Shown here piece after piece: positions 29,179 through 38,315 of a stretch of DNA of 64,000 nucleotides. Below the pieces are notes generated by a model, which saw nothing but the letters and a program-made list of their open reading frames with translations, did no database searches and was not told the origin of the DNA. How positions within the stretch are numbered: the stretch's first letter is position 1; each line of letters starts with the position of its first letter. The DNA is taken from the NCBI GenBank assembly GCA_000165345.1, contig CM000435.1:384001-448000 (forward strand), given 5' to 3'. A program made the translations under genes and the position numbers.

Positions 29179-31227
29179 ATGGTGAAGGAAGAAAGTAACA
29201 AAAGAAAAAGAGACAACTCCAGGAGATCTGAGTTAGAAAATGTCTCTGTTGAAGGAGAACTTAAGAACAACGACTCATTTACTCCTTTTGAAAAGTCCAA
29301 TCCAATATTTGAGAATTACTATAGATTACAACAAATATGTACTGAAAATGAGTTCCAAGATTTCATTCATTCTCTTTCTTCTCAGCTTCCAACAACTCTA
29401 AGAGTTAATATTTCCCACCCATTGCACTCATTATTAGAGTTTCTTCTCAACGCTGAAACAGAAAAATTATATAATAATAATGCTATTTTCAACTTGAAAA
29501 GACTAAGTAAGAATTGTAAGTTATATTTGATAACTGAATATTCCAGAAAAATGCTCAAGAAAGAGTCTCAGCTAGCTAAGCTACACAGCTTCATAGTTTC
29601 TCAAGATGAGTTTGGAACCCTATCAAGTCAGGAACTTGTTTCCATGTTGCCTTGTATATGTCTTGATCCCAAACCAGGCCACTTCGTTCTAGATTTGTGT
29701 TCTGCTCCTGGAAGCAAATCTACTCAAATCTTAGATATGATTCTCTCATCAAGAGATGACCAACTTGGGATAGCATGCAAAAAAGGTTTATTAATTTGTA
29801 ATGATGTAAGCTCAAAAAGATTGGATACGCTCTCATCTCGTCTAAGTAGAATACCATCTCCCAATGTTCTAATCACTTGTATAGATGCATCTTTTTTTCC
29901 AACTTTTAAACCAAGTAAAACTACTATTACTTCTCCTTTCCAGTTTGACAGAATACTTGTAGATTCTATTTGTTCTGGTGATGGGACACTCAGAAAAAAT
30001 CCCGATATATGGACAATATGGAAGCCTGAAAAAGCTTTAAGCCTCCATAAAAAGCAAGTTTCCTTGCTTTCCAGAGCATTTAAACTACTAAAGAATGGAG
30101 GAAAACTTGTTTACTCAACATGCAGCCTAAATCCCATAGAGAATGAAGCAGTTATCTCTACTCTATTACGAAAGTTCCCCGATGCAAAACTTATAAGTCC
30201 AACAAACCTGGATGAAAGAGAATTTGAAATTTCTAAGGGTCTTAGGACATGGGGAGTTCATTTTGAACTAAAAGAACAAAACAAACTTCAACTTTTTGAT
30301 ACTTTAGATGAAGTCCCAGATACTCCTTTTAAGGAAAAGCTTACAGAAAGTATGTTCCCTGATAAAGAATGGTACGAGTCTGACAATTTCATGAGATGTT
30401 TTAGAGTATTACCCCATAGAAACGATACTGGAGGGTTCTTTTTTGCAGTTGTTCAAAAAAATGGACCTGATGAAATACCTCAAATCGAACAAAGATCAGA
30501 ATCCTCATCATGCAAATATGAGACAGTTGAAACAAAGGATTTGGAACCTATATTAAGCTTTTATGGGCTTGATAATCAGAATATACAAGGAAAACTTATG
30601 AAAGGTATTGAAAATTTTCCATCCAAAATTAAGAATCATTTAAATAGTATAAATTCTATAGAAAAATCATCTTTTGTAAAAAGAAAGTCTCATGATAAAA
30701 CTATTTATCTCATTGGGGAAGATGTCTCAAAGCTTATTATGAATTATAATCTAGAATTAGATCTTAGATCAGTAGGTATCAGAGCATTTGAGTATCTTAA
30801 AGGTAAAATTTCTGGAGATGGAAGATGCAAATGGAGAATTAACCAGAATTCATCCAGTTATTTAGTTAGATTAATGAAAAGAAGACTAATCTTTGTGAGT
30901 ATCTCATTACTAGATTTACTTGATGATGAAAATAAATTCATTGGAGGTAAAGAAATTTTGGATCTTGAAAAGAAAGGAGAACTTCTTGGGTTGAAAGAAC
31001 TTTGTTCTGGAATATCACAGGAGAAGAAATTAGAAAGTGGTGGAATTTTAGTAGTAATTTTACCTCCAAGTATTATAAATTATGGAGGAAACAGTAAAGT
31101 AAATCCAAACTTTAAAGAATTAGACCAAGGAGTCCCTCTCTCGGGAATTCTATATGAAGATTCAGGAATAAATTTTTTCGTTTCAAAGAATGAAATAAAA
31201 TCTATTAAAGAGTTAATATTAATTTAA
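29179..31227 (+). CDS. NOL1/NOP2/Sun-family RNA (cytosine-5)-methyltransferase, most like the NSUN2/Trm4 tRNA m5C methyltransferases.
   Basis: SAM-binding motif LDLCSAPGSKSTQIL. Motif IV is FDRILVDSICSGDGT. The catalytic TC motif is VYSTCSLNPIENEAV. The start is moved to ATG 29179, in frame with the track ORF at 29092, which begins at GTG. Confidence 0.8.
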   Translation: MVKEESNKRKRDNSRRSELENVSVEGELKNNDSFTPFEKSNPIFENYYRLQQICTENEFQDFIHSLSSQLPTTLRVNISHPLHSLLEFLLNAETEKLYNNNAIFNLKRLSKNCKLYLITEYSRKMLKKESQLAKLHSFIVSQDEFGTLSSQELVSMLPCICLDPKPGHFVLDLCSAPGSKSTQILDMILSSRDDQLGIACKKGLLICNDVSSKRLDTLSSRLSRIPSPNVLITCIDASFFPTFKPSKTTITSPFQFDRILVDSICSGDGTLRKNPDIWTIWKPEKALSLHKKQVSLLSRAFKLLKNGGKLVYSTCSLNPIENEAVISTLLRKFPDAKLISPTNLDEREFEISKGLRTWGVHFELKEQNKLQLFDTLDEVPDTPFKEKLTESMFPDKEWYESDNFMRCFRVLPHRNDTGGFFFAVVQKNGPDEIPQIEQRSESSSCKYETVETKDLEPILSFYGLDNQNIQGKLMKGIENFPSKIKNHLNSINSIEKSSFVKRKSHDKTIYLIGEDVSKLIMNYNLELDLRSVGIRAFEYLKGKISGDGRCKWRINQNSSSYLVRLMKRRLIFVSISLLDLLDDENKFIGGKEILDLEKKGELLGLKELCSGISQEKKLESGGILVVILPPSIINYGGNSKVNPNFKELDQGVPLSGILYEDSGINFFVSKNEIKSIKELILI

Positions 31228-31310
31228 GAAAGTAGTTAAGTATTTAAGTAAATATAATATAGAATAGGATAGAATACTAAGCCTAATATATAATATTAAG
31301 CGTGAGACAT

Positions 31311-32813
31311 CTAAAATCCCATACCTCCAAACATCTTCTGAAAATCTGGAGAACCCTGGAACTTATCCATTTCCCTCATCATATTCATCATATTTTGAGC
31401 TCCTCCCATATGTTTAAATATTCTGGGGTCAATAGCCTTTTGCATCTTTTGTATGAGTTGAGTAGGATTCTTCATAATAGATGACATATCCAATCCTCCT
31501 TTCTTTCCTAAACCAAGCTTACCAATCTGTCCAACCATCTTGGAGAACATTTTATGCTGAGAAAGAAGTTCTTGAACATCTTGATTAGAAGTTCCACTTC
31601 CCCTGGAAATACGCTCTACTCTGGAAGCATTAATCGTCTTTTCATTATCTAATTCACTTTCTGTCATAGAATCCATAATGACCATGAATTTCTTAAGCCT
31701 TTCTATACCCGCCTGTTCATCTTCTTTTGCAAGGATATTTGGACCCATTCCAGGAATCATAGACAAAAGAGCACTTGGAGAACCCATATTCAACATATTC
31801 TGGAACTGTTCGTACATATCTCTCAAAGTAAATATACCTTGAACAAGCCTATTAACCATATCTGGCTGTCTATCTAAGGGAACAACTTCGTTAATCTTAG
31901 CCATTAAACCACTAATATCTCCAAGTCCAAGTAATCTGGAAACGAATCCTTTGGTTTCAAAAGGTTCAAACTCATCAAAATGCTCTCCAGTTCCAATAAA
32001 GATGATTGGAGCTCCAGTTGCAGCAACAGCTGAAAGTGCTCCTCCTCCCTTGGCATGTCCATCTAATTTGGTAATAATTACACTTCCAACATCAACTGCA
32101 TTGCAGAATGCCATAGCTTGATCGTAACAAGCTTGTCCAATATGACTATCCATAACAAAAACAACATCGTCAGGATTAGTTTCCATCACAACTTGTTCCA
32201 TTTCCACAAATAAAGACGATTCCTGTTTGTGACGACCAGAAGTATCTACGATAATTAAGTCATAACCTTCTTTTCTGAATTCCCTAACACCATCACGAGC
32301 AATCTTGACAGGATCAGTCTCTGTATAACTTCCATAGAATGGAATCTTAACTTTTGTGGCGTTTTGTTTAAGCTGATCAAAAGCACCAGCTCTGAAGGTA
32401 TCAGCACAAACTAGAGCAGTTTTCCAACCTCTCCTTTGGTAATAGTTGGCAAACTTTGTACAGGTTGTTGTCTTTCCTGAACCCTGAAGACCAACAAAGA
32501 CTATAACATTGGACTTATCTCTCTGAGGAACATAGGGAGTTCTACTGGGAGTCAGTATATTAACTAATTCCTCCACAACGGCACTTTGAATCTGTCGGCG
32601 TCTATTTGAGCCTCCTACTGAATCTTCCTGTTCCACAGCTTTCTTAATATTGTTTCTAAGTTGAGCAACCAACTTAACATTAACATCTGCCTTGAGAAGA
32701 GCCGTTGCAATTTCCTTCAAGCACAGGTCTATAGCAGCTTCATCGGCAATAGTGCTGGATTGGAACTTCCGAATAGCCGAGGCGAGTTGACCTCCCAAAT
32801 CTGCCAAAACCAT
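31311..32813 (-). CDS. SRP54: Signal recognition particle 54-kDa GTPase.
   Basis: N domain, then G domain GLQGSGKTT and DTSGR, then a C-terminal M domain with Met-rich tail MGGAQNMMNMMREM...MFGGMGF. Confidence 0.9.
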   Translation of the reverse strand: MVLADLGGQLASAIRKFQSSTIADEAAIDLCLKEIATALLKADVNVKLVAQLRNNIKKAVEQEDSVGGSNRRRQIQSAVVEELVNILTPSRTPYVPQRDKSNVIVFVGLQGSGKTTTCTKFANYYQRRGWKTALVCADTFRAGAFDQLKQNATKVKIPFYGSYTETDPVKIARDGVREFRKEGYDLIIVDTSGRHKQESSLFVEMEQVVMETNPDDVVFVMDSHIGQACYDQAMAFCNAVDVGSVIITKLDGHAKGGGALSAVAATGAPIIFIGTGEHFDEFEPFETKGFVSRLLGLGDISGLMAKINEVVPLDRQPDMVNRLVQGIFTLRDMYEQFQNMLNMGSPSALLSMIPGMGPNILAKEDEQAGIERLKKFMVIMDSMTESELDNEKTINASRVERISRGSGTSNQDVQELLSQHKMFSKMVGQIGKLGLGKKGGLDMSSIMKNPTQLIQKMQKAIDPRIFKHMGGAQNMMNMMREMDKFQGSPDFQKMFGGMGF

Positions 32814-32960
32814 TAGGAATACTTTAAAATATGATTCTTCTTTAGGATAGAGCGGTGTTTAACTTATATTAGTTGTTAATTATGGCCAAATTTTGCCGAA
32901 TTCAGGAGGATTTTATTTCTTTGTTTAATTGCCTTTTCAGACAAATATAGTTGGGCAAGA

Positions 32961-32969
32961 TTTCCCGCG
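32961..32969. promoter_or_regulatory. E2F-type TTTCCCGCG about 150 bp upstream of SRP54.
   Basis: caagatttcccgcgactttt. Confidence 0.45.
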
Positions 32970-33423
32970 ACTTTTCAACAAAAATTCGAGGACCCCAGAA
33001 AAGAGGTAATTTGACAACTAACAAAGAAATCTGTTTCACACGTAAAAAAGAATGTGAAAACCTTCATAAGAAATGAGAAACATAATATTTTAAGAATTAG
33101 TAAAATCTTAGCAGTAACTTGCTATAGCAGTAGTTCAAATGCGTTATCAATTCTACTCGTAATGAATGCTATTACCTATTGTTCAAAAATATACTATAAC
33201 GGCTTTACTTGAGTTACACAGGGGCTTAGAGTCACAATTCCCAGCTCACGAATTTATTCCAACACTTGCCCTCGTAAAGACCTATTGCACACTGACTACC
33301 TGAGTTTTTCTGCAAGAAAAAAGAAAGAAAGCGCCAAAATTCAATTTCCTTGTTTTAAACTGATCTACACTGACCTGACCTTACCTTACCTGATTCTATT
33401 TTAAGAAAGGGAATGGAATTTTC

Positions 33424-34458
33424 TCAAAGTGAGAATGGGATAATTAAGTCAGAAGCATATTGAATTGTCTTCTCTCCATTAAATTTGGCTCTAAAGTAGT
33501 GGTAAGCAAAATCTAAGAGAATACCTATATTAAAGATTTGGACAGCTATATTATAATTCCTGGACTCATGAGGCATTCTAAATAAAGGCATTGAAATCCA
33601 GTAAAATAGTGCCAGAACCTTTAGTATGAATTCAAATACCACAAATAAGGCTAAATGCTCAGAAACTTTTCTTGGACTTTTAATATGGAACATATATAAT
33701 TGAGGAACAAGAGCTAATGCTCTAACTGCGTCATCATAAGCTAGGAGGGAAGTAATTAAACCGAGCCTTCTTCTGGTCCTAAACATTAAGAAAATGAAAG
33801 AGAGTGGAATGGCTAAAATGTAAAGTACAAGCCAGTATAAAGATCCAGAAATTAATCCTGTAATACCAGTAGGCTTGATTTTTCCAGCCCTTTCACCATT
33901 TCGCATCGCATCCTTATCTACAGATTTAGAACCCATGATAGAAAGTATCCTCACTAGAATATTTAGTCCAAAAGTATCATATTGATCTTCAATAGAATTT
34001 GAGAATTTTTTCCAAACAGTATATAAGCATAAAACCGATAAAAATGTAGAAATTATATCAATTTGGAATGACCAATCCAAAGTAATTCCAGTATATAAAG
34101 AAAACCAAACATTGAGAAGAGCGCCACAGAACTCAGAAAAACATAATGCACATAATGTTTGCATGGAAATTCCTAACGCACTTCTATCACTGTATACCTT
34201 GAAAGTGATCACTCCATAACAGGTAATGCACATTAAAGCATGGAACCAACTACAAGCATCGTGAACCCAGACATATTTGTTCAAAGATAGAAACAAAAAG
34301 TTCTTTTTATTAGAGCTTTCATTTTGTGAGGAATTTTGAGTGCTGGTGGTTCCTTGGTCTTCTGCTAAGATCTGGGAGATGTTTGCAAGGAAAATAACCA
34401 GTAAAAAACATGAAAAAATCACCTTTTTGCAAGAAGCACCTTTTAATATAGCCAACAT
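33424..34458 (-). CDS. Multi-pass membrane protein related to the ERD2/KDEL-receptor family. It has a hydrophobic N-terminal leader followed by a low-complexity Q/S/N segment.
   Basis: Seven or eight predicted TM helices. ALALVPQLYMFHIKSPRKVSEHLALFVVFEFILKVLALFYWI resembles the KDEL-receptor block [38 protein letters not shown]. The N-terminal 60 residues are not part of canonical ERD2. Confidence 0.5.
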   Translation of the reverse strand: MLAILKGASCKKVIFSCFLLVIFLANISQILAEDQGTTSTQNSSQNESSNKKNFLFLSLNKYVWVHDACSWFHALMCITCYGVITFKVYSDRSALGISMQTLCALCFSEFCGALLNVWFSLYTGITLDWSFQIDIISTFLSVLCLYTVWKKFSNSIEDQYDTFGLNILVRILSIMGSKSVDKDAMRNGERAGKIKPTGITGLISGSLYWLVLYILAIPLSFIFLMFRTRRRLGLITSLLAYDDAVRALALVPQLYMFHIKSPRKVSEHLALFVVFEFILKVLALFYWISMPLFRMPHESRNYNIAVQIFNIGILLDFAYHYFRAKFNGEKTIQYASDLIIPFSL

Positions 34459-34869
34459 TTTAATATATATTTTTTAGCTTCACACAAACCGATAACATTT
34501 TGAATCAGAGCACTCAAGCGCCAGTTGCATTATCCGGTTGAAAAAATTATTAAATTTTCAACACAATTTCGTAAATGACAAAATAAATTTATTAATATTT
34601 GAGGGGAAAAATCCAAAAAAAGCGGCTCATGTACAATCTATAGATATTTTTCCTCCTTCCCATGTATTTACATATTTATTCTTAATTTATTTCTCTCTAT
34701 TGCTTGATATTTCTTCGGTCACATGTTATACCTGGTTTGTGTGAATAACCGCTCAACTTAAATAATTATTTTAATTAAATATACCTGGAGGAATTCATCA
34801 AAAAAAACAAATATATGTATATATATTATATATAAACGAATATATAAAGTTATTGCTGTTAATATAGCA

Positions 34870-35142
34870 TTATTTATCGATCAATTTCTTAGAAATCCCG
34901 TAGTTTGTTTTAACATAGTTTGTGATGTCTTCAATCTTCACTTCAGATGAGTCTCTAGTTAACATTCTATGCACCCCTGATAATAAACTACTGTCTATAC
35001 ATTCCTCCACTATCATTCCTATTGCTTGAATTACTTTTCCATCTATTTTTTGACTAGGTTCGGACGATATTTTTGGTCGGTTTTGGATTGATTCCTTAAG
35101 AACTTTCGAGGTAATGTGAACGATTTCATTCCTAGTGTTCAT
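34870..35142 (-). CDS. Small 90-aa protein, possibly a histone-fold TAF10-like subunit.
   Basis: VIQAIGMIVEECIDSSLLSGVHRM...IEDITNYVKTNYGISKK loosely resembles the TAF10 C-terminal histone fold (…IANDALQH…LTMEDLTPALSEYGINVKKP). Weak. Confidence 0.3.
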   Translation of the reverse strand: MNTRNEIVHITSKVLKESIQNRPKISSEPSQKIDGKVIQAIGMIVEECIDSSLLSGVHRMLTRDSSEVKIEDITNYVKTNYGISKKLIDK

Positions 35143-36377
35143 TTTATGTCCTATTTTGTTTTTAGAAAACTCTCTAACCGATATTTATAGCCTTTTCAAT
35201 TTTTACTTGATCATAGACTAATTCGAATAATATTTTATCTTTTCATTTCTATTGTTACCTTGGTAATACTAAGTTAAAATGGCGGTAACTTTAAAAATTT
35301 TAATATATTTACTGCGTAATATTTTATCAATTCGAATCAGAAAATAATACAAAACAACACAAGTAGTCAAGAAGGAGCAATGACTCAGACGATTAGTTTT
35401 TTATTAAAATAATATAGGAAGAGAAAATATAAATTTTTTTCCTCCTCCCGTAGTTATAAATTCCCCTTAATTTTTTTGTTTTTAGAATTTAACGATCTGT
35501 TAAACCTGGAACCCTCATTTTCTTTCTCCCATATTCACTAATCATCCAAAATCAACCAAATTACGAGCATATTTGCATGCAAATATTCTTACACGTATTT
35601 CCTTTTTTTCATGTGGACAATTTTTTTATACCGGCATTGCAAATATGTCATAGAAAAAGTTGCATGCTGCAGCGGTAATGTCACAATGTTAGCTTGAAGA
35701 ATTTCTTAAAAAAATATGGGAATTTTGTGAAATTGGAGAAAATGAAAAATTAAGTAGAGATTGACATAAAATTAAAAGTATTAGGGGAATTAAGTGAGAA
35801 TGAGTTGACAATATTGAACAAATTCAACATAATTTATAAGTTTGAAATATGGTTTTTCTTTTTTAAAATGAGAAGCATTTTCGAATAAGAATTGGTCCCG
35901 GACCTTTCCTAGAAGAAAATAATAAATATAACAATAATTTGATATATATATAAGTAAAATTTCAATAAAATAAGGAGATTCTATAAAGTATTATATTTGG
36001 TGGCTATTTTTTTAATAATATTTTTAACTCATTTTAAGACAGAGGCTTGGGTAAAAAATAGAGGGAGTCATAAATATATAAATAGAGTTTAAATTTCCAG
36101 TATTAACAAATAAAATAAAAGGATCTTTAAAAGAAGAATTTTTTAAGTTTTTTGGTTTTTTTAATTTGTTATTTACTGAACTATCATTAAAGTGTGTGAT
36201 ATTATTCACCCAAGTAGGTAATTTAATATTAAAAAATTGGTGCAAGCTATAGTCGTATACAGAAGAAAAAAATCCATAAAATTTAAACTATAAGCATATA
36301 ATTTTGGTAAATTAAATCATTAATCTCTTATTATTCTTTGAAACAAACAGTCTGGATTTTAATTAACAAAGTTAGAA

Positions 36378-37355
36378 ATGTCAGCATTCATAGAAAGCGA
36401 GGTAAGTTAGTTTTTAAATACCATTGGAAACCTAACTAAATAATAAATACAATAAATTGAAGAGAGAAAAGTGTAAATTCATGTATTTTCTCTTCAATAC
36501 ATTCTATTTACTTGGCGTTTCTGATGATGATTATGAGAATATTCTTTTTAGCCTTTCCCTATCAGATAAAAAAAAAGGAATCATAGGCTAATGTGAAAAT
36601 TCTCTCAATTTTTAAATTAAAAAATAAATTTTAACTATTTAATAAACTTTTATTTGCAGAAATCAGAACATCTTTTATCAAGAGGAAGAAAAGTTGGAAG
36701 ATGCCCGGATGAACATTGTAGATCAAAATCTCCAAGCGGTCAGCCAGGAAAATCAGTTGAAGAATTATGTACATGCGGAAAACATATTTGCCCAGCTCCA
36801 TTACATGATTCAATTTCTTTTCAGGCTGAGAGCTCCTATAACACAGAATTTAAGCAGTGGGAACTACCAACTTTCCCAAAGCCAGTTCCAGAAGAGTTGC
36901 CAAAATCTATCCCTTTTGACTCTGATTCTAGTTACCATATGGACTATCGAAAGTGGGACTTACCAAAAAAGATTGTCAGACCACCAGAGCAATTCTCTGA
37001 ATCACCTGAAAATCGTGACTTCATGACAAGTTACCAAAGTAACTTTAAGCAATGGGAACTTCCAAAATTCAAGAAACCTCAGCCACCTCCAGAAGTCGTT
37101 TCTTCTCCTTATGGCAACATCAATTCAGTCTACAGAGAAAATTATCAGCAATGGGATCTCCCTAAAAAGATTGTTAACCCCTCTGAAATTTACAGTCCAT
37201 CTAAGGAGGATCGAAATTTTGAGACAGTCTACAGGAACTCCTATCAAGGCGTACAACCTCCCGTCTGCCCTGTTAGTCTTCTTCCCCCTATTCCTCATCC
37301 TCCTCCTGGCAGACATACTATGTTTTGGGATTCAGTCTCTAAAAATTGGTACTAG
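36378..37355 (+). CDS. Putative microtubule-associated repeat protein, SAXO/MAP6-like. It has an N-terminal Cys-rich segment and then 4-5 tandem aromatic repeats of about 28 aa. Two exons: 36378..36401 and 36660..37355.
   Basis: Exon 1 reads MSAFIESE and ends at a GTAAGT donor. The acceptor is TATTTGCAG. Cys-rich region: CPDEHCRSKSPSGQPGKSVEELCTCGKHICP. Repeats: SSYNTEFKQWELPTF, SSYHMDYRKWDLPKK, TSYQSNFKQWELPKF, SVYRENYQQWDLPKK, TVYRNSYQGV. A proline-rich tail follows. Confidence 0.5.
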
Positions 37356-38203
37356 GCATTTCAATTATCACAAAAAGATAAATCTAAATGAGAGGAGATT
37401 AGGAGAGGGTAGAATTAAATGAAGAAGATTTTAATATAATCACAACAAATCAGGAACTTTGGTCTATGACATGGCTTGCCATAATATTCTACACCTTCCT
37501 GATTATCCTCTTACAAGTTCCCGTCATCCAACTCATTCTCAAACTATTTTTTTTAGCTCTCACAGAAAGTACAAAAACAACTACAACTATTTCTAGAGAT
37601 ATTAAATTTATTAGTTTATTTTATGGATCCTTATTGCTTTGGTTTATTTCTTGCATGCAGCATTTCAACCTGTTACGCTTTAATTGAAAATGGTTCCATG
37701 CAATTTCTTAACAATAAATATTTACGTGCGCTTTTTTTTTTTTCCTTTATGCATTTAAATTTAGAAAACAGTCAATTTTAATAATAAATTACTCCTTGTA
37801 AGGCTCAATAAGAAATTGTCAATCGTATTATTTGCATGCAAAATGCCACCATTCGATTTCTTAATGTTTTTAAAACCCAAGTAATACTTGAAGCGAAGTA
37901 AAAAATTTGTTTATGCACACACAAAACAAGAAAGGAAATAAATCGCTAATTTTGTTCTTTATTTCCTTTTTCCATTCCCTCGAACTATGACTTATTTAAC
38001 CTCCACGAAATTTTCACAAACTCTACAAATGCAATTTTTTAGTCCTACAAATTCCTCAAATAGCGACTGAAAAAATCATCAAACTCTCCAGTTCTTCAAT
38101 TCTTCCAGCTCTTCTTATTCTTGTTCCATATAATAATTTATTAATTCTAATTTGAACATTCTAATTGCTGCTTAATAAATTGACTAGACATACGTGAGGA
38201 ATT

Positions 38204-38214
38204 TTAGGCGCCAT
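38204..38214. promoter_or_regulatory. E2F-like TTAGGCGCCAT about 100 bp upstream of exportin-7.
   Basis: ggaattttaggcgccataacccc. Confidence 0.4.
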
Positions 38215-38315
38215 AACCCCTCACAAAAAAAGCTGAAAAAAATAGAGGGAAATAGGACTACATTGGAAGCAAACGATTAAGTTAATAATTAATTCTCCAA
38301 ACGGAAGGATTTGTG

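Noticed and set aside
36024-36245. A 73-aa minus-strand ORF in the long AT-rich spacer.
   Set aside because: It is low-complexity, has no start context or splice signals, and overlaps poly-A and poly-T stretches.
37466-37687. A 73-aa hydrophobic ORF downstream of the SAXO-like gene.
   Set aside because: It has no motif. It is T-rich sequence translated as Leu/Phe/Ile, and is likely 3' UTR or intergenic.
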